Positions 38,274 through 51,292 of a DNA stretch of 64,000 bases are shown piece by piece. The stretch is from a bacterium. Lineage in GTDB: Bacteria > Krumholzibacteriota > Krumholzibacteriia > LZORAL124-64-63. Under the pieces are notes generated by a model, which worked only from the letters and a program-made list of their open reading frames with translations, did no database searches and was not told where the DNA came from. Where the stretch lies: the NCBI GenBank assembly GCA_031441465.1, contig JANOEP010000066.1, forward strand, positions 64,001-128,000, read 5' to 3'. The stretch's first letter is position 1, and every line of letters begins with the position of its first letter. The position numbers and the translations under genes were made by a program.

Positions 38274-39081
38274 GGCTCGAGCAGACGACCCGCGCCGAGC
38301 GCGACGCCGGCCGCAAGGCCCTGGTGCCCTTCTTCACGGCGGGCTACCCGAGCGAGGCCGCGTTCCTCGACCTGGTGCGCGCGGCCGCGGACGCGGGCTG
38401 CCGCACCGTCGAGGTGGGTATCCCGTTCAGCGATCCGGTGGCCGACGGCCCGCTGATCCAGGCTTCGAGCCTGGCGGCGCTGCGCGGCGGCATGACCCTG
38501 CGCCGCGCCTTGGCGCTGACCGCACGGGCCACGGCGGCGACGGGCGTGGGCGCCGTCGTGATGAGCTACGTGAACCCCGTGCTGCGGCTCGGCGCGGTGG
38601 AGTTCGCGGCGCGCGCCCGGGACGCGGGCGTCGTGGGCGTCATCCTGCCGGACGTGCCGCACGAGGAGGGCGGCCCGTGGCGCGGGCCGCTGGCGGCGGC
38701 CGGGCTGCCCCTGATCGAGCTGATCGCGCCGACCACCGGCGCCGCGCGCGTCGCGGGCATCGCCGCGGACGCCCGCGGCTTCCTCTACCTGGTGGCCCTG
38801 ACCGGGGTGACCGGCGCCGCCGCCGACCCGGCGGCCCACGCCGCGGCCCTGGTCGCGCACGCCCGCGCCGTCACCGACCTGCCCTGCTACGTCGGCTTCG
38901 GCGTGGCCGATCCCGCCGGCGCGCGCCGGGTCGCCCGCTCGGCCGATGGCGTGATCGTCGGCAGCGCCCTGGTGCGCTTGCTGCAGGCGGCGCCGGATCC
39001 GTCGTCCGGCATCCGCCACGTCGCCGATTTCTTGCACGCGCTGCGGGCGGCCCTCGAGCCGCCCGCGCAGGAGGTAACGTC

Positions 39082-39085
<4 letters not shown>
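38270..39085 (+). CDS. trpA: Tryptophan synthase alpha chain
   Basis: [33 protein letters not shown]. Confidence 0.96.
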
Positions 39086-40104
<1,019 letters not shown>

Positions 40105-40188
40105 ACCTCGACCGCCTGGTTCTCCTCGGCTATGCTGCACGGCAGACCGGCCGTCGGGGCCGGCCGCGACGCGCGAAAGAGGACCTGC

Positions 40189-40692
40189 ATGCGCATCCCC
40201 GTCCTGATCCTGCTGTCGCTGTGCCTGCTGGGCGCCGCCCAGGCGGCCTGGTACGGGCCCGGACTGCCCGTGCGGCCGGCGTCGCACTTCGGCGGCGACG
40301 GCGTGGCGGACGGCTGGAGCGACAAGGAATCGTTCCTGACGATGCAGATCGCCTTGCTGGCCCTGACGGCCGGGCTGTTCCTGCTGATCGGCTGGTTGTT
40401 GCCCCGGACCCCCGTGCGATGGATCAACCTGCCGCATCCCGAGTACTGGCTGGACGAGTCGCGTCGTGCCGCCACCCTCGCCGCCGTGTCCCGGTCCCTG
40501 GCCTGGTTCGGTTGCGCCACCACGCTGTTCCTGCTGTGGACCTTCCAGCTCACGATCCTGGCCAACCTCACCGATCCGCCGCGCCTGCCGGCGGCGGTCT
40601 TCTGGTCCGGTTTCGTGGCCTACATGGCCTACAGCACGTGGTGGACGCTGCGGTTGATCCTGCGCTACCAGCGGTTGCCGGCACGGGGCTGA
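40189..40692 (+). CDS. DUF1648/SdpI-like membrane protein
   Basis: LP...ASHF..DG.ADGW, INLP...YW, about 4 TM helices. Confidence 0.7.
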   Translation: MRIPVLILLSLCLLGAAQAAWYGPGLPVRPASHFGGDGVADGWSDKESFLTMQIALLALTAGLFLLIGWLLPRTPVRWINLPHPEYWLDESRRAATLAAVSRSLAWFGCATTLFLLWTFQLTILANLTDPPRLPAAVFWSGFVAYMAYSTWWTLRLILRYQRLPARG

Positions 40693-40800
40693 CGGCGGCT
40701 CCGACGACTGCCCGGTTGCCCGCCGGGTCCGCGGACGCTAACCTGTGGCACGGCGCCGCCCGGCGGCGTTCCGGGAGCCACGACCGAACCGGGAGTCACG

Positions 40801-41652
40801 ATGCGACGAGGCGACTGGACCTTCCGAGCCTTCACCGACGGCACCTTCCGGCTGGACGGGGGCGCCATGTTCGGCGTCGTGCCGCGCACCATGTGGGCGC
40901 GCCATCACGAGCCCGACGACAAGAACCGCATCCGCATGACGGTGCGCTGCCTGCTCGCCGAGTGCGGCGACCGGCGTGTGCTGGTGGACACCGGGCTGGG
41001 CGACCGCTGGGAGCAGAAGCACAAGGACATCTACGTCATCGAGCGCAGCGCCGGCCACCTGGTGGGCCAGCTCGCCGCCGCGGGCGTCTCGGCCGACGCG
41101 ATCACCGACGTCGTGCTGACCCACCTGCACTTCGACCACACCGGCGGCACGGTGCGGCAGGGGCGCGACGGTCTGGAGCCGATGTTCCCGTCGGCGCGCC
41201 ACTGGGTCCAGGAGAAGCAGTGGCGCTGGGCGCACCAGCCGAGCGAGCGCGACCGCGCCAGCTTCCGCCCCGACGACTTCGAGCCGCTGCGGCAGGCGGG
41301 TCTGCTGGAACTGGTCGACGGGGCCGGCGAGATCCTGCCGGGCGTGCGCGTGCTGCCCGTCCACGGGCATACGCCGGGTCAGCAGATGGTGGAGTTCCGC
41401 ACCGAGGACGCCGTGGTCGTCTTCTGCGGCGACCTGGTCCCGCTGGCCAGCCAGGTGCGCGTGCCCTGGATCATGGGCTACGACCTCAACCCGCTGCTGA
41501 CCCTCGAGGAGAAGAAGTCCTACCTGAGCCGCGCCGCCGAGGAGGGGCACGTGCTGGTCTTCGAGCACGACGCCGACGTGGAGTGCGCGCAGGTGGCCTT
41601 CCGCGACGGGAACTTCGAGACCGTCGGCCCCTTCACCCTGGCTGAGCGCTAG
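40801..41652 (+). CDS. MBL-fold metallo-hydrolase (YtnP-like)
   Basis: LDGGAMFGVVP, THLHFDHTGG, GHTPG, FEHD. Confidence 0.92.
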   Translation: MRRGDWTFRAFTDGTFRLDGGAMFGVVPRTMWARHHEPDDKNRIRMTVRCLLAECGDRRVLVDTGLGDRWEQKHKDIYVIERSAGHLVGQLAAAGVSADAITDVVLTHLHFDHTGGTVRQGRDGLEPMFPSARHWVQEKQWRWAHQPSERDRASFRPDDFEPLRQAGLLELVDGAGEILPGVRVLPVHGHTPGQQMVEFRTEDAVVVFCGDLVPLASQVRVPWIMGYDLNPLLTLEEKKSYLSRAAEEGHVLVFEHDADVECAQVAFRDGNFETVGPFTLAER

Positions 41653-41659
41653 GAGCCGC

Positions 41660-42589
41660 GTGGGAACCGTCAAGAGCGTGCGCCGCCACCATCTCGAGAA
41701 GCCGGCGTGGGTCAAGGCGCCGCGCAAGGGCGGCGACGCCTACAACGAGATGAAGCAGCTGCTGCGCACCGCCCAGCTGAACACCATCTGCGAGAGCGGC
41801 AACTGCCCCAACCGCGGCGAGTGTTTCAGCAACCGGACCGCGACCTTCATGATCATGGGGCACGTCTGCTCGCGGAAATGCACCTTCTGCAACGTGCTGA
41901 CCGGCCCCGCCGATCCCCTGGACCGCGACGAGCCGCGCCGCGTGGCCGAGACGGTCCGCCACCTCGAGCTGAAATTCGCCGTCGTCACCTCCGTCAACCG
42001 CGACGAGCACCCCGACGGCGGTTCGGCCCAGTTCGCCGCGACGATCCGCTGGATCCGCCGGCTGAATCCCGGCTGCGGCGTCGAGGTGCTGGTGCCCGAC
42101 TTCCTCGGTGACCCGCGCCAGATCGGCAAGGTGCTCGACGCGCGCCCCGAGGTCCTGGCCCACAACCTCGAGACGGTGCCGCGGCTCTACGCCGAGGTGC
42201 GGCCCCAAGCCGTCTACCAGCGCTCGCTGACCCTGCTGAAGCACGTCCGCCAACAGGCCGACGCCGCCGGCGCGACGCTGCGGGTCAAGACGGGCATCAT
42301 GCTCGGGCTCGGCGAGGAACGCGACGAGGTCCTCGCGCTGATGCGCGACTGTGTGGACCACGGCGTGGACATCCTGACCGTCGGCCAGTACCTGCAGCCG
42401 ACGCCGCGCCACCACCCCGTGCTACGCTTCTATCCTCCCGAGGAGTTCGCCGACCTCGCCCGCGCGGGTCGCGAACTGGGGCTGGGCTGGGTCGAGGCGG
42501 GGCCGCTGGTGCGGTCCAGCTACCACGCGCGTGAGCAGGCTGCGGGCCGTGAGCAGGTCAAAGGGCACGGGCAGGACCATGACGCCTGA
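41660..42589 (+). CDS. lipA: Lipoyl synthase
   Basis: CX4CX5C (CESGNCPNRGEC), radical-SAM CSRKCTFC, HNLETV, GQYLQP, RSSY. Confidence 0.97.
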   Translation: MGTVKSVRRHHLEKPAWVKAPRKGGDAYNEMKQLLRTAQLNTICESGNCPNRGECFSNRTATFMIMGHVCSRKCTFCNVLTGPADPLDRDEPRRVAETVRHLELKFAVVTSVNRDEHPDGGSAQFAATIRWIRRLNPGCGVEVLVPDFLGDPRQIGKVLDARPEVLAHNLETVPRLYAEVRPQAVYQRSLTLLKHVRQQADAAGATLRVKTGIMLGLGEERDEVLALMRDCVDHGVDILTVGQYLQPTPRHHPVLRFYPPEEFADLARAGRELGLGWVEAGPLVRSSYHAREQAAGREQVKGHGQDHDA

Positions 42590-43981
42590 CCACCCCGAAC
42601 CCGGCGCGTCGCCCGTCGCTCGGCCCGCGGGGGCGCGGCGCCGGCTCGCGACGGGTGCCGCGATCTACCTGGCGGTGCTGGCGGCCGTCGGCCTCTCGCT
42701 GCTGCGGCTGCACGCCTCGGCGTCGGCGAGCCTCGAGCGGGCGCTGGGCGAGCGGCTGCTGGGCGTCGCGACGACAGCCGCCCACCTCGTCGACGGCGAC
42801 TCCCTGCAGGTCTGGGCCCTCGACCCCCAGGAGACGCTCGAGTTCGTCTGGATGCGCACGCGCCTGCAGGAAGTCCGCCGCGAGAATCGCCTGAGCGAGC
42901 TGACGCTCTGCGACCGCGAGGGCTTCGTGCTGGTCTCGGCGGCCGACCGGGTCGCCCGCGGCGACGTCGACTATTACTGGGAACTCGACCCCGCCGCCGT
43001 GGCCTCCGCGCTCGGGGGCGCGCCCGAGCCGGGGTCGCTGGTGAAGGTCGGGGACGAGTATCAGAAGAGCGCCTTCGCGCCGGTGTGGACCGCCGACGGC
43101 CGGGTCGCCGGCGTGCTGTCGGTCGACGCGGAGGCCAAGTACTTCCGCGCCCTGGGCGACCTGCGGCGCGTGGCCTGGCTCACCGTGGTCGCCGTGCTCG
43201 CCTTCCTGACGGCGATGGCCCTGGTCGTGGCGAGGCTCGAGCGCTCCCTGGCCCGCGCCCGCGCCGCCGCCCAGCGCCAAGAGACCCTGGCGGCGATGGG
43301 GCGGATGACCGCGGGGATCGCGCACGAGATCCGCAACCCCCTGGGCATCATCCGCGGGGCCGGCGAGATCCAGGCGGCCAAGCTGCGCGAGCTGGGCGTC
43401 GAACTGCCGACGGCCGATTTCATCCCCGAGGAGGTCGACCGCCTGGACCGCATCCTGACCCGCTACCTGACCTTCGGTCGCGGCGGCGCGCCGCGGCCCG
43501 AGCCGCTGGACCTCGAAGCCCTGGTGCGGCGCGTGGCCCGGTTGGCGACGGGCGAACTGGAGCGCGCGGGCGTGCGCATCGACATCGAGAACCGCGGCGT
43601 CGGCGGTCCGGTGGCGGGAGACAGTCCCGGCCTGCAGCAGGTCCTGCTGAACCTGCTGCTGAACGCGCGCGACGCGATGCCCGGCGGCGGCGTCGTCACC
43701 GTCGTGCTCGAGCCCCGCAGCGACGGCGTCGTCCTGCGCGTGCGGGACGAGGGGAGCGGCCTGGGCGGCCGCAGCCAGGACGAGCTGTTCACGCCCTTCT
43801 TCACCACGAGGCAACAGGGGAGCGGCCTCGGCCTGGCGGTGGTGCGCCAGCTCGTCCAGGAGCACGGCGGCACGATCGCCCTGCGCGACCGCGACGACGG
43901 CCCCGGCGCCGAAGCGGTCATCGTGCTGCCGCGCGGCGACACCACGGCGGACGCCGGGGGAAGCGAGCAACCGGAGGAACC

Positions 43982-43997
<16 letters not shown>
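42579..43997 (+). CDS. Membrane sensor histidine kinase
   Basis: Two TM helices; AHEIRNPL H-box; NLLLNA; DEG-x-G; FFTT; GSGLGL. Confidence 0.93.
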
Positions 43998-45340
<1,343 letters not shown>

Positions 45341-45455
45341 CCGGAGGCGGACGGGTTGTACCTGTCGGGACGATGCACAAGCCCTACGCGAAGGCGATCC
45401 AGGTTCAACTCATTGTATGACAATGCGATGGGCGCGCGATGGTCTGGTGCCGGCC

Positions 45456-45471
45456 TGGCCCAATGGTTGCA
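45456..45471 (+). promoter_or_regulatory. Sigma54 (-24/-12) promoter
   Basis: TGGCCC-AATGG-TTGCA (GG-N10-GC) directly downstream of an NtrC-family gene. Confidence 0.68.
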
Positions 45472-45511
45472 CCCGGACACTCGCCACCCGTCACCGACCA
45501 GGAGTGCCGCC

Positions 45512-46576
45512 ATGCCGACCGCCGCCCGTACCGCCGTTTCCCACTCCCTCGTGGCCCGCCTGCTGCTCCTGCTCGGGGCGGCCCTCGCCGTGACGATGCT
45601 CCCGGTCGGGTCCGCCCGCGCGCAGACCGTCGATCAGGAGCAGGCGGCCGAGATCCTGCAGGTCACGGCCGACGTGCTCCAGGAAGTGGCCCCCCTGGTC
45701 CAGGAATCGCAGAGCGAGCAGGCCCGCCGCATCTTCGCTGAGGCCCTGCAGAAGCAGCAGCAGGCCGGCGACCTGTATCGGGACGGGCGCTACGTGCTGG
45801 CCGCCCGCCTGTCGCTGCGCGCGCGGGAGATGGCGCGGCAGGCGGCGCGGGTGACCGGCGCTTCGCAGGGCTATCAGGAGCGCGTCCAGCCGCGGCTCGA
45901 GCGCGTGGGCGACCTCCTGGACTCCGTGCGCGACCGCGCCCGCGAAGCGGGCCACGTCCAGGCGATGCGCTTCGTCCGCGACGCCGAGGACCTCGTCGTG
46001 CGCGCGCGGGAGCAGGCGCGCCAAACGCACTACGAGCAGGCCTTCCGCCTGCTGGAGACCGCCGAGAAGATGCTCGGCCGCGCCGCCCGGTTGCTGTACG
46101 AGGAAGGCGACGGCGAACGCCTGCGCCTGGAGATGGAACGCACGGCCGACCTGATCGCCCAGGCCCGCGAACGCCTCGGCGACGACGGCGACCAGGCGTT
46201 GCGCCTGCAGCTCGACCGGGCCGCCGAGGAGCTGGAACGGGCCCACGCCGCTCTCGACCAGGGAGACCCCATGCGCGCGATGCGCGCGGCCCGCCACGCC
46301 CGCGAATTGGTGCGTCGGGCGCTGCGGCAGATCGGCGGCGGCCCCGGAGCCGAGGTCGTCGAGGCCCAGAGCGACCGCTTCGACGCGCAGCTGCCCGCGG
46401 TCGCCGACGCCGTGACCGCAGCGGGTTCGACCGAGGCGCGGCAGGCGCTCGAACAGGCCACCGAAGCGCGGCACCGCGCCGCTGTCGCCCTCGAGGCCGG
46501 CGACCGCGACCAGGCCCTGCGGCTGGTGCGCACCGCTCTGGACCACCTGCGCCGGGCCGAAGCGCTTTGCCGATGA
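45512..46576 (+). CDS. Secreted all-alpha-helical repeat protein
   Basis: AGGAG RBS; signal peptide (ARA-Q); A/R/E/Q-rich helical-hairpin repeats. Confidence 0.72.
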   Translation: MPTAARTAVSHSLVARLLLLLGAALAVTMLPVGSARAQTVDQEQAAEILQVTADVLQEVAPLVQESQSEQARRIFAEALQKQQQAGDLYRDGRYVLAARLSLRAREMARQAARVTGASQGYQERVQPRLERVGDLLDSVRDRAREAGHVQAMRFVRDAEDLVVRAREQARQTHYEQAFRLLETAEKMLGRAARLLYEEGDGERLRLEMERTADLIAQARERLGDDGDQALRLQLDRAAEELERAHAALDQGDPMRAMRAARHARELVRRALRQIGGGPGAEVVEAQSDRFDAQLPAVADAVTAAGSTEARQALEQATEARHRAAVALEAGDRDQALRLVRTALDHLRRAEALCR

Positions 46577-47826
46577 CCCCGGCGCGCAGGCGCCTCGCCG
46601 CAGCACTGGTGATCCTCGCCGCCGCCCCCGTTCACGCGGCGAGCCTGCAGTGGACCGCGGCGGCGTCGCCCGGCTACGACACCTTCGTGCAGCGTTACGC
46701 GCTCGCGCTCGAGGACACCGTCGAGTCGGTGAGCGAGTTCGACCTGACGCTCAGCGCCGAGGGCCGCACGCCCGCCGGCAGCCGTCACGGCTGGACGGTG
46801 CGGCCGCGGTTGTCGGCGGGATCGGAGCGCACGCGCGGCCGGCTCGACTGGGAATACGCGCTGCGGCCCGATGACCTCGCCCCCGTCCTGCGCGTCGCGG
46901 GTTCGGCCCAGGCCGTGCGCTACAACGACGCCACCACCTACAACCTCAGCAGCGATCACGCGGAGGGAACCCTGTCCGCCCGCTGGCAGTTCGCGCGCGG
47001 CGGGGCCGCGGCCTGGGAGGCGCGCGCGTCGGGGGCGGTGCTGCGCTACGCCGAGCCTTCGGAACTGGAGCCGCAACGCAGCGACTGGACCGCCGCGTTC
47101 GCGGCCGTCGCGGGCGCCGAGTCCGCCGACCACTGGCGGGCCGGCTTGAAGTACGGGCAGCGCGCGTACCCCGACACCACCGAGATCGACCGCGCCACCC
47201 TGGGCCTTGACGTCGCCTGGTCCCACGATCCCCTCGAGGGGCTCGCCTGGCGTCTGGACGGGCGCAGCGAGCGGCGCCGGGTGCGGGTCAGCGCCGTGCG
47301 GCCGTCCGCCTGGAGCCACGCCCTGGATGGCGAGGCGTCGGCGCCCGTCGGCGCTTGGCGGGCCGTCGTCGCGGCCTTGCTGGAAAGCTGGCGCTACGAC
47401 GACGAGTGGGGGGCCTACGCCGACCAGACGCGCCTGGAGACCCGGGCGGCGGTGCGCGCGGGCGGCGTGCTGGGGCCGCTCTGGGAGCTGGGAGCCGTCC
47501 GCGAGAGCCTGGCCTCCCACGCCGCGGGGGAGAGCTACCGGCAGTGGGGAGCCTGCGGCGCCGTGGAGAGCTTCGGCGAGGCCCTGACGCTCCTGCTGTC
47601 CCTGGAGGCGGGTCGCCGGGACTACGACGAGGCCGACGTGGACGACCTCCTGGGTGCCTTGTACACGGATTTCACCTACGTCGAGGTGGGGTTGAACCTG
47701 TCGTGGGCCCTCTCCGACCGCCTGCGGCTGGACGGCATGGCCCAGTACCTGCCCGAGAGCCACGCCGCCGACGAGGACGACCAGAGCCTCGGGTTCGGCA
47801 GTCTGCGGCTGGGCTACCGCTTCTAG
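46573..47826 (+). CDS. Putative outer-membrane beta-barrel protein
   Basis: ATGA overlap; signal peptide; C-terminal LRLGYRF beta-signal. Confidence 0.7.
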   Translation: MTPARRRLAAALVILAAAPVHAASLQWTAAASPGYDTFVQRYALALEDTVESVSEFDLTLSAEGRTPAGSRHGWTVRPRLSAGSERTRGRLDWEYALRPDDLAPVLRVAGSAQAVRYNDATTYNLSSDHAEGTLSARWQFARGGAAAWEARASGAVLRYAEPSELEPQRSDWTAAFAAVAGAESADHWRAGLKYGQRAYPDTTEIDRATLGLDVAWSHDPLEGLAWRLDGRSERRRVRVSAVRPSAWSHALDGEASAPVGAWRAVVAALLESWRYDDEWGAYADQTRLETRAAVRAGGVLGPLWELGAVRESLASHAAGESYRQWGACGAVESFGEALTLLLSLEAGRRDYDEADVDDLLGALYTDFTYVEVGLNLSWALSDRLRLDGMAQYLPESHAADEDDQSLGFGSLRLGYRF

Positions 47827-47934
47827 GGCGGTCGCGGCCCGGCTTTCCAGGACGGACTTCGGATGTTATCTTGCGGCGGTCGCGGGCAGCCGGCCTGCGC
47901 CGTGCCTACGCGTGAGGCCCCCGAAAGGACCCCC

Positions 47935-49413
47935 ATGGCCGACATCACCATGCGCAGCGAGGACTACTCGCGCTGGTACCAGGACGTCATCGCCGCCGCC
48001 GAGCTGGCCGAGAACAGCCCCGTGCGCGGCTGCATGGTCATCCGCCCCAACGGCTACGCCATCTGGGAGAGCATGCAGCGGCAGCTCGACGACCGCTTCA
48101 AGGAGCTGGGCCACGTCAACGCCTACTTCCCGCTGCTGATCCCCAAGAGCTTCCTGGCGAAGGAGGCGCAGCACGTCGAGGGGTTCGCCAAGGAGTGCGC
48201 CATCGTCACGCACTCGCGGCTGATGACCGTCGTGCGCGACGGCAAGATCACCGTCGAGCCGGATCCCGCCTCGAAGCTGGAGGAGGAGCTGATCATCCGC
48301 CCCACCAGCGAGACGGTCATCTGGAACCAGTACCGCAAGTGGATCATGAGCTACCGCGACCTGCCGCTGCTGATCAACCAGTGGGCCAACGTCATGCGGT
48401 GGGAGATGCGCACGCGCCTGTTCCTGCGCACCACCGAGTTCCTGTGGCAGGAGGGGCACACCGCCCACGCCACCGCCGAGGAGGCGCGCGCCGAGACCCT
48501 GCAGATGCTCGAGTGCTACCGCTGGTTCGCCGAGGACATCCTGGCGATGCCGGTGGTCTGCGGCGCCAAGACCCCGCGCGAGCGCTTCGCCGGCGCGGTG
48601 GAGACCTTTTCCATCGAGGCCATGATGCAGGACAACAAGGCGCTGCAGGCCGGCACCAGCCACGACCTCGGCCAGAACTTCGCCAAGGCCTTCGACGTGA
48701 AGTTCCAGGACGCCGCCGGCGGCCAGGACTACGTGTGGGCCACGAGCTGGGGCGCCTCGACCCGCCTGATCGGCGCGCTGATCATGTGCCACAGCGACGA
48801 CAACGGGCTGGTGCTGCCGCCGCGCATCGCGCACCGCAAGGTCGTGATCGTGCCGATCTGGCGCAACGACGACGAGCGTGCCCTGGTCATGGCCAAGGCC
48901 GCCGAGCTGCGCGAGAGCCTGCGGCCGGTCGCCGGTTTCGTGCACATCGACGACCGCGACAACATGCGGCCCGGCTGGAAGTACGGCGAGTGGGAGCGCC
49001 GGGGCATGCCGATCCGCCTGGAACTGGGCCCGCGCGACGTCGCCGAGGACAAGTGCGTCCTGGTCACCCGTCACGACGGGCAGAAGTTCCCGACGCCGCT
49101 GAGCGGTTTGGCCGAGGCGGTCGCCGGCCATCTGGAGCGCATGCAGAGCGAGCTGTACGCCGCCGCGGTGGCGCGGCGTACGGCCAACACGCACCGGCTG
49201 GAGACCTGGGAGGAGTTCCTGGCCCTCTACCAGGGGCCCGGCGGCTTCGCGTATTGCCACCACTGCGGGCAGGACGACTGCGAGGCGGCGATCCAGGACG
49301 AGACCAAGGTGACGATCCGCAACATCCCGCTCGGCACGCCGGACGAGGCGGGAGCCTGCATCCGCTGCGGAAAGCCCAGCGGACGGCGGGTGCTGTTCGC
49401 ACAGTCGTACTAG
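47935..49413 (+). CDS. proS: Proline--tRNA ligase (archaeal/eukaryote-like type)
   Basis: [41 protein letters not shown]-terminal Zn-binding Cys and terminal Tyr. Confidence 0.97.
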   Translation: MADITMRSEDYSRWYQDVIAAAELAENSPVRGCMVIRPNGYAIWESMQRQLDDRFKELGHVNAYFPLLIPKSFLAKEAQHVEGFAKECAIVTHSRLMTVVRDGKITVEPDPASKLEEELIIRPTSETVIWNQYRKWIMSYRDLPLLINQWANVMRWEMRTRLFLRTTEFLWQEGHTAHATAEEARAETLQMLECYRWFAEDILAMPVVCGAKTPRERFAGAVETFSIEAMMQDNKALQAGTSHDLGQNFAKAFDVKFQDAAGGQDYVWATSWGASTRLIGALIMCHSDDNGLVLPPRIAHRKVVIVPIWRNDDERALVMAKAAELRESLRPVAGFVHIDDRDNMRPGWKYGEWERRGMPIRLELGPRDVAEDKCVLVTRHDGQKFPTPLSGLAEAVAGHLERMQSELYAAAVARRTANTHRLETWEEFLALYQGPGGFAYCHHCGQDDCEAAIQDETKVTIRNIPLGTPDEAGACIRCGKPSGRRVLFAQSY

Positions 49414-49505
49414 GCGGGCCGGGCGGGCGCTTTCAGACGCCGCCGGCATTGATTATCTTGTGTCCCGGAGCGGCTTCGCCGCGCACCCCAACAGGAGACG
49501 GTGCC

Positions 49506-50411
49506 ATGCAGACCCCGTGGACGGATCAGATGATCCAGGAGCGCATGCGGCTGAAGGTCGGCCTCGCCGAGATGCTCAAGGGCGGCGTCATCATGGACGT
49601 CACCAACGCCGAGCAGGCCAAGATCGCCGAGGAGGCCGGCGCGGTGGCCGTCATGGCGCTCGAGCGCATCCCCGCCGACATCCGCCGCGACGGCGGCATC
49701 GCGCGCATGAGCCAGCCCGCGATGATCAAGCAGATCCAGGACACGGTGTCGATCCCGGTCATGGCCAAGTGCCGCATCGGCCACTTCGCCGAGGCCCAGA
49801 TCCTCGAGGCCCTCGGCGTCGACTTCATCGACGAGTCGGAGGTCCTGACCCCCGCCGACGAGAAGAACCACGTCGACAAGTGGGCCTTCAAGGTGCCCTT
49901 CGTCTGCGGCTGCCGCGACCTGGGCGAAGCCCTGCGCCGCATCGGCGAAGGCGCCGCGATGATCCGCACCAAGGGCGAGGCCGGCAGCGGCAACATCGTC
50001 GAGGCCGTCCGCCACATGCGCCAGGTGCAGGAAGGCATCCGCCGCCTGACGGTGCTGCGCGAAGACGAGCTGATGCACGAGGCCAAGGAGCTGGGCGCCC
50101 CTTACCACATCGTGCTCCAGGTCGCCAAGACGGGCAAGCTGCCGGTGCCCAACTTCGCCGCCGGCGGCGTCGCCACCCCGGCCGACGCCAGCCTGATGAT
50201 GCAGCTGGGCGCCGAGACGGTCTTCGTCGGCTCGGGCATCTTCAAGAGCAAGGACCCGAAGCCCCGCGCCGAGGCCATCGTGCAGGCCGTCACCTTCTAC
50301 CAGGACCCCGCGAAGCTGCTGGCGATCAGCATGACCCTGGGCGAGCCGATGAGCGGCCTGGACATCGCGACCATGCCCGAGGACCAGAAGATGGCGGGGC
50401 GCGGCTGGTAG
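49506..50411 (+). CDS. pdxS: Pyridoxal 5'-phosphate synthase lyase subunit
   Basis: [49 protein letters not shown]. Confidence 0.97.
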   Translation: MQTPWTDQMIQERMRLKVGLAEMLKGGVIMDVTNAEQAKIAEEAGAVAVMALERIPADIRRDGGIARMSQPAMIKQIQDTVSIPVMAKCRIGHFAEAQILEALGVDFIDESEVLTPADEKNHVDKWAFKVPFVCGCRDLGEALRRIGEGAAMIRTKGEAGSGNIVEAVRHMRQVQEGIRRLTVLREDELMHEAKELGAPYHIVLQVAKTGKLPVPNFAAGGVATPADASLMMQLGAETVFVGSGIFKSKDPKPRAEAIVQAVTFYQDPAKLLAISMTLGEPMSGLDIATMPEDQKMAGRGW

Positions 50412-50434
50412 CAGCGATCGGTGAAGACACGCGC

Positions 50435-50469
50435 GCCCGGCCTGGCGATCGCCGGGCCGGGCTTTATTT
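50435..50469 (+). terminator. Terminator-like hairpin between pdxS and pdxT
   Basis: GCCCGGCCTGGC-GATC-GCCGGGCCGGGC + TTTATTT. Confidence 0.65.
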
Positions 50470-50535
50470 GAAGGATCGTGCCGCACGTCCCTGATGTCAG
50501 GGACCGGCGGGATGATCGATCAAACCGGAGCATCC

Positions 50536-51099
50536 ATGACCGAGCAGCCCGTCGGCATCCTGGCCCTGCAGGGCGACTTCGAACTCCACGCCGCGGCTTT
50601 GGTCCGGCAGGGAACGCCCTATCTCTTCGTACGTCGGCCGACGGAACTGGCCGCGTGCCGTGGCCTCGTCATTCCCGGCGGCGAGAGCACGACGATGACC
50701 CGCCTGCTGGACATCGTGGGGCTGCGGCAGCCGATCCTGGACTTCGCCGCAGCCGGCAAGCCGATCCTGGGCACCTGCGCCGGGCTCATCATGTTGGCGG
50801 CGCGCGTCGACGAGGACGAGCGCAGGCACGGCGTGAAGCCATTGGGGTTGCTGGACGTGCTGGTGCGGCGCAACGGCTACGGGCGGCAGGTGGACTCGTT
50901 CGTGGACGAGGTCGTCGTCGCTGGGCGAGCCGACCCGGCGCAGGGCGTGTTCATTCGGGCGCCGAGGATTCTCGAGGTGGGGGCGGGGGTCGAGGTCGTG
51001 GCGACCTGGCGGGGGGAGACGGTGGGGGTGCGGAGCGGGAAGGTGACGGGGTTGGCGTTTCATCCGGAGGCGGGGGAGAGCGAAGCCTGGATTCAGTAA
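50536..51099 (+). CDS. pdxT: PLP synthase glutaminase subunit
   Basis: LALQGDF, PGGEST, GTCAG, RNGYGRQVDSF, FIRAP, FHPE. Confidence 0.95.
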   Translation: MTEQPVGILALQGDFELHAAALVRQGTPYLFVRRPTELAACRGLVIPGGESTTMTRLLDIVGLRQPILDFAAAGKPILGTCAGLIMLAARVDEDERRHGVKPLGLLDVLVRRNGYGRQVDSFVDEVVVAGRADPAQGVFIRAPRILEVGAGVEVVATWRGETVGVRSGKVTGLAFHPEAGESEAWIQ

Positions 51100-51292
51100 T
51101 TTCTCATCTCTGGCCAGCCGGGATTGATAATTCCGTATCGATCGCTTTCACTTATCTGCTACAATCATGCCATCACTCGTGTGACCCCTTGGTGGAGGAC
51201 GATTTACGTCATTTGATGAACGGCCACGGCTCGCATTACTGACCTGACTTGATATTTCGGATACGGGACCCTTAGCAACAAGGGGTGCATCC

